From the NCBI RefSeq assembly GCF_009914755.1, contig NC_060928.1: a stretch of DNA of 64,000 nucleotides. The stretch is one strand, 5' to 3'. A program made the position numbers and the translations under genes. The DNA comes from the human T2T-CHM13v2.0 reference genome, Homo sapiens. This document shows, piece by piece, positions 40,723-53,469 of this stretch; position 1 is the first letter of the stretch, and every line of letters starts with the position of its first letter. The notes below the pieces were generated by a model. The model saw only the letters and a list, made by a program, of their open reading frames with translations, did no database searches and was not told the DNA's origin.

Positions 40723-42539
40723 GCTTATAAAATAGGTTTTAACCTTATTCTTAGAGCAGCAGCATTAAAGGCTCCTACTGAATTAAAAAAGAAACTTCTT
40801 TAATGCATTTCACTCTTGGGTGACTGTACTAACAAACAAGAATATTCTTTCCTGCTAGACAATGAGCCCTGAATCCTGCTACATCAGAGAGAACAAGATC
40901 TTTGCTTCATTCCCTGTGGTAATTACGAGGTATGTGTTTGCACTGGTTAGTTGTGAAGTTTCCACTCACGACAATTAAATGATGACAAGTCCAGCTTCTG
41001 CCTAGCCATATGGTTTCTATGGTTTCTATGGTGGTATGGGTGTGGAGGGGGCTTTGGAGCAGGATGGGAGGGAGGAAGGTTTTCAACTGGGTTCAGGTAT
41101 ACTTTGGAGTAAAGAGGGTTAGAACAAAGGTTAACAGAAAGGAGAAAAAAAAGACTATCTGAAAAGCCAGTGGTAATGGAAAAGAGTTTGGCCTTTTCCT
41201 CCATTAGCCACTCCAGAAATGCTGAATTTAATTTGTCTTCAACATGGGTTTCCCAGCTCACCTGCTGCCCACAGGCTAATGTGGTTACAGTCAGACAACT
41301 GACTGTAAAAATGGCACCTTCTCACTTGGCATAACGGCTCTCTGCAGACCTCCAAGTCATAGCTGCTCAATTTACTGACAAAAACAAGCTTTTATTACTG
41401 TTGGCACCACTGAGCCAAAGTGGCCAGAGAAACACAGAGAGATCCTCCTCTGCTGTGTACATCGTCAGCACAACTGTCAGGGAAATTCCCCTTCCCGAAT
41501 CCTTCAAGTGCTGATGATGTGAGGGGCTGACCCAACACCCAGGGCTGGCAATCAGCAACATCAGCTCTTAATTTGTAAGCCCCGCAAATGCAGACGGAGC
41601 TCCTCCTCATTCTCACTTAATGACTCCTTGCTGGTATCATTTGTAACCATCACTTGTGAGAGTATAATTGCATGGTGAAGTCAGAATGTTAACATCAATA
41701 AATGGAAGAAGTTAACCAGAATGGCAAGAAGCTTAAATAACAGGCGAGCACTGGTGAAGCCTTGGCCATGGCCTAGACAGTGATGGGTTTGTTTCAGGAG
41801 AATCTGGTTTTCTTTGGCCGCGAACACACATGCCATGCGTCATTAAGGAGAGCGTCAGGGCTGCAGTTTCACTGGAGAGGAACAGAGCCTACAGAAGTAG
41901 GTGTGTAGTGCCCTGGCATGGGAAAACAGAAAGGTTCAAAGCTCTGCCAAGTGTTTCTCGGGGCTGTCAGAACAGCAATGATACAGAGAGCAAGCTCTGG
42001 AATGAAAACTGTTCTGGGCTGAGTTTCAGTAGTCACTGAAACTAGTGACTACTGAACTAGTGACTGAAACTAGTGACCACAGCAACCCCTAGTTGCTGAC
42101 CTTGGATGGAATATCTCACCTCTGTTAAGCCTGTTTCTTCACCTGTACTGTACAGTGTGATAATAATAGTATTCACTTAGAGGGTTGCTATGGGGCTTAA
42201 ATGAGAGCCAGTGTGCAAAGGCATAAGACTGGGGCATTGAAAGACTGTCACATATGGTGATGAGGAAGAGGATCAGGATGAGCAACAAGCAAAGAGCTCG
42301 GCACCTCTCAACCACATCTGAACTTGGGAGTCTTTCAGAGCAGTGAGGCACAAGGCATGCCAGGAAACAGTATTATGACTACAGGGAAATGTGGCTTTCA
42401 TGCCTTGGGAAAGTCCTTCCTTCCATGGAAGGAAAAGGGCAATGTCTCAGGGCAGTGGGGATGCTTCGGCCAGGTGGCAGGTGCTCTGGGGTGCAGGGGA
42501 TGGAGAAGGAGTGTGAGAAGGACAGACAGGAATGGTCAC

Positions 42540-42706
42540 CTGTGTGCTTGGTGCCAATGTGAGTCTTTATCTCTGCTTCCTCCATGGTGACGAAGTCGCA
42601 GGCAGTGCAGCAGATCGAAAACATCCACTGCTCCTTGTCCACGTGGAGTGACATGTGGCTGACAAACTGGACATTGAGCTCGGTCTCAAATCCACACACG
42701 TGACAA
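42540..42706 (-). CDS. ZNF827: ZNF827 exon with two C2H2 fingers (SCHVCGFETE...KTHIGTKHT)
   Basis: Long pyrimidine tract plus catgtag|T, CAG|gtgacc donor; 167 nt, phase 2 to 1. Confidence 0.95.
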
Positions 42707-43822
42707 CTACATGAAAGGGTAAAAGAAAAGAGGGGGAGAGAAAAGGGTGACACATACTTCTAAATGTAGGCTGTCCATTTATACACAGTACACTCAAGAA
42801 AACTGGAATTTGAAACACATTTGTCTCTCCACCAAAAGGTTTTGCATTAGAAAATTCTTCTGCTTTCTGGGATGCCTCTAAAGTAGTCACTGTGCCAAAG
42901 AGACTAAGGGCCAGCATCATGTAACAATCACATATGTGTTATAATGATGCTAAATAATCATAAAGTTAATTTAAAACTATGGATTCCAGATGCTGCACAT
43001 CACCTAATTGATTTCCTTTGGGCAAAGAGATGTGGGGTAGCATTGCCAAGGTATTTAGTGGTGCCGGTCCACTGATAAACTCGGAGAGCACCTCATAGTC
43101 CAGGAACCTCTCTCTGGCTCTGGAAACCTTCCCTAGTAGCAATGAAAGCACCTACAGTTTGTTGTATGGCACTCCAAGCAAGAGGCTACTCTATCCGGGA
43201 CAACTTCTGATAGAAGCCACCCACTGCTAGAGACATTTCCTGCAAAAGCAAGTTTCCACCAATCAGTATGGCAACTCTCTAGGACAAGATTTGACAGCCA
43301 GAAACTTGGGGGTTTTATGGCAATCAAACCAATATTGATTCATGATTGAATACAGAAATGAAACATAAAATCCACATACTAAAGTGTGATACAACCATGG
43401 GGAAATACGTAACGCCTTCTGGGCTAGTTCTCTGGGGTTCTCAGATTTATATTTCCTCAGCTTTTTTTTTTTTAAACAATTCTTAGGGAGCAGCAACACA
43501 CTCAGTTACAAAGGTTGGAGCTTCTGAGCTGAACAGACCTAAAAATTCATCATCCCCAGAGCCCGTCTCTGTCTGGAGCTCCACCCCAGAGAGCCACCTC
43601 TAAGACCATTTCTCTTTCAATTAATACCACCAGGGGCACCCAAACCAAGAGAGGAGTCTGTGCAACTGCAGGGCTCAATCTGAGCAAAGAAATTACTCAA
43701 ATGAAGGCCAGGCTATGACTGAGAAAAGGGGCCTCGTGATGTATGCCCACAGCAGACAGGTAGGAAGTGTTGAAGTCAAGAGTCTGAGAAAGGCGGACTA
43801 GCATGTTCCATCTGCAACTCAC

Positions 43823-43994
43823 CTGTAATAATAAGGATGTTTCTTCCCATCACTGCCTTCAGAGGTGACGGCGCTGACAATGTCCTCGGTGTCTGTACTC
43901 ACCAGCTTCACGGAATGGACGGTCAAGTGCTGGTTCAGATTTGCACGGCACTTAGCAGCATAGGGGCACAAGTGGCATTTGTATTTTCTTTCCT
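43823..43994 (-). CDS. ZNF827: ZNF827 exon with a C2H2 finger (EERKYKCHLCPYAAKCRANLNQHLTVH...KHPYYY)
   Basis: ttctcccccag|AG acceptor, CAG|gtgagt donor; 172 nt, phase 1 to 2. Confidence 0.95.
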
Positions 43995-44208
43995 CTGGGG
44001 GAGAAGGAACAGGAAAAAGCCCAAATCGCTTTCAAAAAAGGAAGTCCCAACACCTTGCAAGAATCAGTTAAAGGTATCAAGGAAAGCATGGTTCAAGTCA
44101 TATTTCAGATGGAGACAATGGTAATGCCTAGGAATTGTAAGTATCTAAAAGTCTTTACCCAGCAGGTCACTCCTGTATTAGTACTTCTAAATATAAAAGA
44201 AAATCTCC

Positions 44209-44518
44209 GGCTGGGCACTGTGGCTCACACCTGTAATTCTAGCAGTTTGGGAGGCTAAGACAGAAAGATCACTTAAGGACAGGAGCTCGAGACCAGCCTG
44301 GGCATCACAGCGAGACTCCATCTCTACAAAAAAATTTTTAAAAAATTAGTCAGGTGTGGTGGCACGTGCCTGTAGTCCCAGCTACTTGGGAGGAGGAGGT
44401 GGGAGGATTGCTTGAGCCCAGGAGGTCAGGGTTACAGTGAACCACAATCACATCACTGCACTCCAGCCTGGGTGACGGAGATAAACCTTGTTTCAAAAAA
44501 AAGAAAAAAAAAAAAAAG
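44209..44518 (+). mobile_element. Alu (J-type)
   Basis: Diverged dimer (gaggattgcttgagcccaggagg) with A-tail. Confidence 0.93.
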
Positions 44519-46107
44519 TCCCAGGGCAACTAGAATAGATAACCTGCTTTTTTTTTCCTGGACACCCACAGCCCATTTTCCTGATAAGGTAAGCCCCACA
44601 CAGGGCAAAAGAATATTCTGTGAGTGAGCAAGTGTGCATGTCTGTTTGTGTGTGTGTGTGTACCCCATGTGTCAGTCGTGGGTGAGTGCTGAGCAGGGGA
44701 GGGGGAATAAAACACAGCATTTGCAGGACTACAGCGTAAAAGAGGCCTCATCATTTTCCCTAAGCTCCTGGCCTGGGTCGGCCAAGAAATAAAAAAACTA
44801 ATGAAATTAAGGGGAAAAAATGCTGTGTGAAATAATTTAATTGGAAATTTCATTTTACATAAATAAAGAATTTCAATTAACTTCTTAATGGAAACCCTCT
44901 CATAAAACTGACAAATGTTTCAGGATCGTTTCCAGAGTGGCATTCTGAATTCGTTTGATTAATCAAGCAAATTAAAGTAAAAGGAGCAGGCTTTGCTTTC
45001 ATCACACAGATAAAGGTAATAGCAGAAGATGAAGGAAAGAACAACTCCAGTGTTCTATCCTTAATGCTTACTTGGTATTACTGTGCCTGGCTTAAAGGAA
45101 ATACCTGTCTTCTTTAGTTCACAGAGAAGAACATGGAAAAAAGTTCTTCTCTACAAAATATGAGACCATTATTGTTATAGGTGGTCCCCAACATCTTGAA
45201 GGGCTGGCATCTGGGCTCAGCAGGGTCAGGGGAGGAGCCCCACCGTCCAGATAAAATGTGTCCTTTCTTTAGAAGTTTTGTGTTTGTATGAATAAGTGAG
45301 GTTGTTAAGTTTTGTTATTAAGGTTATGCATCCTCCATAAAGTGAAACTGTGGAGCTTTTTAAATCTTTTTCTATCATTTGGAAAGGTTTAATAACATTG
45401 GAATTTCCTCTTCTCAAAAGGTTAGAAAGAACTCACCAGCGAAAATTTCTGGACCTGATGCCTTTATAAACGGTATGTCCTTCATAATTTTTCCAAAATT
45501 TCTCTTTGGGAACCGACTGATTCAAGTTCCCTCCCCACTTTGGGTCAATTTTAGTCATTCTGTTTAAATGATCTATGTCATCTAAGTGTTCAGCTTTTTT
45601 TCTTAGAGCTTCATTATTCTCCAATAATTCTTTAACATCTTCCACATTGATGATTAGGCTTCCTTTTTCATTCCTAACTTTGAGTATTTTTGCTTCATTT
45701 TCTTAATCAGGCTTAACAGGATTTATCTATTTTATGGCCATTTCTTTCTAGACTTTGTTGTTTTATCAATTCCTTAAGATGACCATTAAGTTCCTTTATT
45801 TTTGTCTTTCTCTAATTAAAATGTTTACCTCTATAAATTTTCCTCTGACTAGAGCTCTTGCTGTTTGCTCCAGGTTTATGTATGAAGTGTTCTCTATTTC
45901 ATTCCTTTTAGATGTCTGTTATTTGAATTTTTATTTTCTCCCTTTTTCTTTGGTCCAATTAGGCAGGACATTTTATTGACCCTTACTTATTTAAAATTTC
46001 ATTTAAGTATGCTCAGAGAATGTGACCTTATAAAACTCCACTTTTTTGAACATGTTAAAGTTTTCCTAAATTTTGTCTTTAGTCGAATTTAAAATTAAAA
46101 ATATTAA

Positions 46108-46660
<553 letters not shown>

Positions 46661-47407
46661 CAAAATTAATCTTGTCCTATTAATACTTCCTGTCTTGCTT
46701 TTTAAATTTTGTGTGATGTACGAAATCTTTATTTTGAACTTTTCTTTATCATTTTGTTTTTGTGTTCCCTGTAAATAAGATATATCTGGATTATTTAAAA
46801 ACCTGATTTCAGTGTAAAAATGGAAATGTTTGATTTTATTATTTCCATCTTGCTTTATGTTTACTACTGATTTTACCTTATGTCTTTTTGTCTTCAATTA
46901 TTTTTGCTGTGTGGACTAAGTTACTATTTATTCCTCCTTGTTAACTTGGTTGCCTTCCCTTTCCCAACTCTCAGAACCAACCATATTTCTCCACAATTAT
47001 ACATAAATAAAGGCAGAAGCTGTTTCTCCACCAAGGTGCCTTTTCCCTGGCTGCTCCCACCCACAACAATAAGATAAAACCAGTAAGATGGAGTGTGTCC
47101 CCCTGTCCTTCACTTTCAAGATGAACTCAATACATTTTTTTTAACAGAGTTTAGGAATTTTACCTGAATAAACCTAAATTGTGTATATTTTCTCATCGGT
47201 CCTACCTGGAACTCAATGAACCCTTTCAATACAAATAAAAAAGCCTTTCCAAGGTCTTCTTTAAACATGCCAGAGAAAATGGCTTGAAAAGGTCAGCCAT
47301 TCCCAGCACTTCCTGTAATGCCTCTCTTAGAGAAACTCAGTTTCCGGAGAGTAAAGAAGTTGGTGATGGAGCATAGAGGGCTGACAGCCCAGGCCCTACT
47401 CACTCAC

Positions 47408-47545
47408 CTGTGTGCAGCGAGAGGTGTCGGGACAATGTCTGCTGTCGGCCAAACACTTTCCCACACACGTCACAGGGAAAAAGCTGGTCATTGAATTTCC
47501 AGGATGGTAATCCATTTCCTGCCTCTAGGACTATCTTTTCTGTTT
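47408..47545 (-). CDS. ZNF827: ZNF827 exon with a C2H2 finger (ETEKIVLEAGNGLPSWKFNDQLFPCDVCGKVFGRQQTLSRHLSLHT)
   Basis: ttcttttgacccag|AA acceptor, CAG|gtgagt donor; 138 nt, phase 1 to 1. I found no further upstream exon in the window. Confidence 0.93.
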
Positions 47546-47866
47546 CTGGGTCAAAAGAACAAAGCATCATGAGAAATAAGGCAACAAGAATACATTTTCT
47601 GTTAGTCAACATTCAGGATTTCAGCAGAGCCTTCTCTCTGAAGAATGTGGCTAGTAATTGCAAATGAGTCTCCGTAACTGGTTTTCCTGCTCATTTCCTG
47701 TCTCTAAGAAGGCCGTTCTTGAAAGCTGCGGTGGCAAGTGGATTCCGACCCCTGTCAATTCTTCAGTATTTTCTCTCTTTCTTCACTAAAGACCAGCCAA
47801 CTAACCCTCTAGTCAGTTGATAGCACTGTGCCCAGTATACAGCAGATACTCAATAAATACTTGTTA

Positions 47867-48268
<402 letters not shown>

Positions 48269-48944
48269 TCAGATTCTGATGTGAAAATAAATGGTCCTAT
48301 CCCTTGAAAGGAAATATGCTTTCATTCTCTTTAAGAAGAAAGCTTTGCTCTTCATTCCAGTTTGTGCAAAATCCTTAATGAGGAATTTGTGCTAAGTAGA
48401 ATCAGTGATAACTACCACACGCTGTGCCACAGAAAATTCCCTAATGCAAGAATGAACCAGAATTTCCCCCAAAGGTCTCATATTTGGGAAAACAGTGCCA
48501 CAAGTTATCTACCCATAATTCATAGCCATGAATGAAATAAATGGACTTTAATACATTCTCTAATCATCTTAAAGAGTTTTTATTTTCTCATTCTTATCCC
48601 TAGGATTACCTTTAATTTTCTAATCCATGTTTCTTTTTGTGGAACTGTACCAGATTATACAAACATTCCTCCTATGATAATGTCATAAAATAGGTGACAG
48701 AGAACACCAGAAAGAGAGAAGGAGACACTTCTAAAAGGACACTTGAATGGGCCACTGATAGGCTTTTCACCTCACTTTGAAGACCAAGACAAATGACACA
48801 CTAAGTTAATATCTTGTCTTTTACCTCAGTAAATAATTGCAAATCTCCTTAAAGCTCAGTACTGCATTATAGAACTGGACACCACGTGGTGATAATTGAA
48901 TGGTGGTAAGAACTTCTCCTAATCCACGCAGATGAAAATGCTCA

Positions 48945-49321
<377 letters not shown>

Positions 49322-51719
49322 TCACACAATTTGGCTAAAACTGCTTCCCAAATACAGGCTTCCACCTGTATGTGGCTAAATCAATGGGATCAATTTTCAC
49401 TGGAATGATTTGCCAGATAGGGAAGAAGAAACAAATATGAATATATGTCTGGAAATGGGAGGAGGGGAAATGATGGTGAAATTGCAATAATGTTCGCTGT
49501 GAGGCACCTGCCAGCAATCCCAACACTGATAAAGCACATGAACTGATTCATCTGTGTTTGTTAAAACATAGCACTTGGGGCCTCAGGAAGAAGGGTTGCT
49601 CTTATTAAAGTAGAAATGTGTGACTAAAAACCTCTAAAGGGGAAGAGGGCAGAAATGTGGGTGAAGAGAAGTAAAAAAAAAGGGAGATGAACTTCTGAGG
49701 ACAAGAACTACTCTTAAACGGCTGTCCTTGAGTCCACGCAGTGGGCATTTCAGCTGTGCATGAATTTCAGTATATCAGTAGCTCCTTTTAAGTGTATAAT
49801 CAAAACAGTGCTTCAAAGAACAATAACGGTAATAATTATAAGGAGAGGTCAAGAGGGTACAGGGTCTGTTAATACATTCACAACAAGAATGAATGAATTG
49901 GGTCAAATATCAAATAAGTAGATGCAATTAAAAATAGATAAGCACCTTAATAATTCCTTCAAGTATCAATCATGTACTCGAGAAGCTGAAGCATCATGAA
50001 CTGTCTGATTCCGTCCACTGGTCTTAGAAAATGATGAAAGCTACCGAGGCTGTGCTGCAGCTGAGTGGGAAGAATCCCCGGAGTCGCAGTGAGGCAGGCA
50101 GTTGTCACGGGGCACCCATGACTGCTCAGCCACAGTCCCACGCCCAACTCCAAGCCTCGTCTAGGAATCGCTGCTCTCCCCACCTCATGTTTGCATTTGC
50201 TACAGCAATCCATTTTTATTTTGCACACAGGAACAAGGCAACCACAGGCCATTTGGAGTCTTATCCCAGAACATGACCTCGAAATCACGGCTGGGTGGGG
50301 CCTGGCGGAAGAGGCAGTCGGGGGAGGAGTATTACTGTGGCAACACAAGACCTGAAGCAAAGGCCCGTTCTTTTTTCCAGGAGCTGAGATGAGATGAAGC
50401 TGAAATGGGGCTCAGCAAATGCCACACTCTCCTGCATCTCCTGTGAATGATGCCACCCAAGTGCCATGTGAGAAACTTTGGAATCTTTTTTGATTCCTCC
50501 CCCGACTCTCTTTCAACACATCCAATCAGTCACCAGAAGCTGGTGATCTTATGCAGGTCTTTCTAGACCTCACTGCCTTAATTGTGTCATCATCTTTCAC
50601 CAACATTGTGGCAAAAGCCTCCAAAACAGGTTCTCTGCTATCAGACCCCTTCCAACAGCCCTTCCTCACCTCACAGATTCCAGAATGATCTTTCCGAGGC
50701 ACAAATCTCATCATGTCTTGTTCTGTATGGCAAAGGCTCCTCAAGGCCAAACTTCTGGCTTCTGAGTCCTTCATGGCCTGGCTTTGGCCACCTCCCACCA
50801 CCCGAATGCTTGGCAAAGTAGACTGCTTGACTTTTCAGGAACAAACAATTCCCTTTTAAGTGTCATTGCTTTTGAATCAACTGTTCCTCCACCAAAAGCT
50901 ACTCCCCGCAACTACTTCTGTACAATAAACTCAGACTCAATTTGAAGCCCTATCTCAGATTTTATCTCCTTGGTGAAGCCCTGCCCAATTCCCAAGGTAG
51001 AGTTAGTCATTTCCCCTGCTCTGTCCCAGGGAACTTTTATGAATATTTCCGTTGTACCACTTTTCCTATTATATCACTTGTTTACATATCTTCTATAAGC
51101 CATATATATATATATTCTGCATATAAAGCACCCAGCATAGTCCAACGTGAAGCAGTACTCAGTCAACACGTCCCCTGGCCTCCCTTCCCTGGGGTAAAGG
51201 TTTTGCATTATTTATTTGTGTATCCTCAGCATTAGCACAATCTCTGCTACATAAGAGGTGCTTAGTATATATTTGTTGAATAAATGAATGACTGAATAAA
51301 AGGGTCCAAGTGAGGTGAATAGACATTATTCTTATTTTATAGTAGGAAAGACTAATAATTTAGTAGCATTCATTAAGGCCTATGGCCAATTCAGAATGAA
51401 AAATCAGGCTACCTGCCTTTTGAATTGCTGTTTTAACTCAATTCACTAACTGCTTTCATGATTCTATTAGTGGAAATGTTTGCAGTCCTGAGCCATACTC
51501 CTAAAGGCTCTAAATTCTTACCTCTTCCCAATAGCATCAAGCCACAAGATGATTCTCTTTATGATGAACTCTGGCAGTTGCTATTTTCAGTTAACCCAAC
51601 AGTCATTCTCAACTTTCCTTATCCCCTGCCTTCTCCAGCCATGGAAGCGGCTTGGGTAGCCATGTGCCAAAGTTCTGAGAAGGCTTTTGCTTTTCTGTTA
51701 AAATGAAGGATATACTGGT

Positions 51720-52410
51720 ATTGACCCCTTCTCTTTTCCAGCCTTGATCACAGAAGAAATGGCTGGGACTCTGGCAGCCATTTTGTGAATATAAGGCATG
51801 AAGACAAAAGCCAACTCCCAAGGATGGAGAAAGGGAAAGATGGGAAAAGTATAGGTCCTTGATGTGGTTTGGTTCTGTGTCCCTGCTTAAATCTCATGTC
51901 AAATTATAATTCCCAGTATTGGAGGTGGGGCCTTGTGGGAGGTGATTGGATCATGGGGGTGGAGTTCTCGTGAATGGTTTAGCATGGTCTCTCTGGTGCT
52001 GTTCTCATGATAGTGAGTTCTCACGAGATCTGGTTGTTTAAAAGTGTGCAGCACCTTCCCCTTCTCTATTCCTACTGCTCTGGCCATGTAACATGTGCCT
52101 GCTTCCCCTTCACTTTCCACTATGATGGAAAGTTTCCTGAGGCCTCCCCAGAAGCCAAGCAGATGCCAGCATCATGCTTCCTGTACAGCCTATGGAACTG
52201 TGAGCCAATTAAAACCCTTTCATTGTAAATTACCCAGTATTTCTTGATAGCACTGCAGGAACTGAGTAATACAGTCCTCTGTGGCATTTCTCAGTAGCTG
52301 AGTGAACGCCAGCAACCACCCACTTTTGGACTTTTTGTTTTGTGAGGGAAATAAGTCCCTGTTTGTTTCAGCCACCGTTGGTTGGGTTTTCTATTACTTA
52401 TAACACTCTT
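51720..52410 (+). mobile_element. Old MLT1-type LTR split by an MST insertion
   Basis: gcagccattttg...aagccaac...aggatgg before the MST and ggactttttgtt...agccac...gggttttctattact after it. Confidence 0.55.
51860..52273 (+). mobile_element. MSTA/B solo LTR
   Basis: TG...CA termini (tgatgtggtttgg...taataca) and a 5-bp TSD gtcct at 51855-51859 and 52274-52278. Confidence 0.92.
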
Positions 52411-53469
52411 AACTGAAGGCTCCTCCTATGGTTCCTCTTGGTCTTAGGACTTTGAACATTAGGTTCCACCTTTTGACAGGCTTTAATTCCCAAAATCCCC
52501 CATCCTGTGAAGAACTCTCCATATTCATTATCAACAGCAACAAGTGTACACCCAGCTGAACACATTTCCATCTTAATTATCTTCTTCTGTTGGGAAAGAA
52601 AAACCTTAAAACTTCTTTTAGATTACTCAGGAATTTCCTTTAAAAAAACTTTTTATGAAGCATAATATTTGTAAAAGAAAAGTGCACATATCAATAACTG
52701 CTTTTAAGTTAGTTCCAAAGTCACAAAACAGCTTGGAATATGGGTACTGTTTTTAAATTTTTGCTCTTCTTCATCTTGATTCCCACATCCCTTAGCATTT
52801 GTTTCATTATTTTACATAGCTTGAATGTATACTTAAGATTCTCTTCATTTCTTTTTGAAATACTTGTCTAATGGTAACCTCTTTTTTTGTACAGAGTCTC
52901 ATAGGATTTTGTCTCTTATAAAGCATTTTATTTCATTTCACACTCTTATATTCTGATCCCTGGGATAACCATAAATTGCTTCCAGAAATTCCTGGCTACT
53001 CGGTATTATGTGATCAGATGTTTTTTCTCTACTTTTCCACCTATGATGTTTGCCTTGAATGTCATTTGGGCTTTTCCTCTTCCTTATATAGGTTTTTGTT
53101 TTAAATGAAGCAAATAGGTGTGTAGGATTAAGCACTTTTGTCCTTACAGTATGGCTAGAAAAGTAGGAACACAGTGTAAGGAGAACGATCTCATCTTAGC
53201 AATCCCAAAACAAGGCTTTCAGCTCCTCCTGTTAATGGTGAACTGAGGCCTATCATCCATAATGATGAGGACTAGTTGGCCAAAATACAATAGAGCAAAC
53301 TATGCTTCTTATAACCTAGTTATTCAAGGGGACATGTCTCATTTCATGCGTAGGTCCTGGGAAGATGAAACCCATCCAGCATGCCTCCAAAAACTTTCCT
53401 TAATTAAACCCATTCGGTAGAATTTAGGAAGGAGTTCTATCAAAATCTGCTTGACAATACATTATTATC

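Noticed and set aside
42031-42078. Short repeated actagtgac units resembling an array
   Set aside because: This is a local slippage duplication within a MIR-like region, with no spacer structure. CRISPR is not applicable here.
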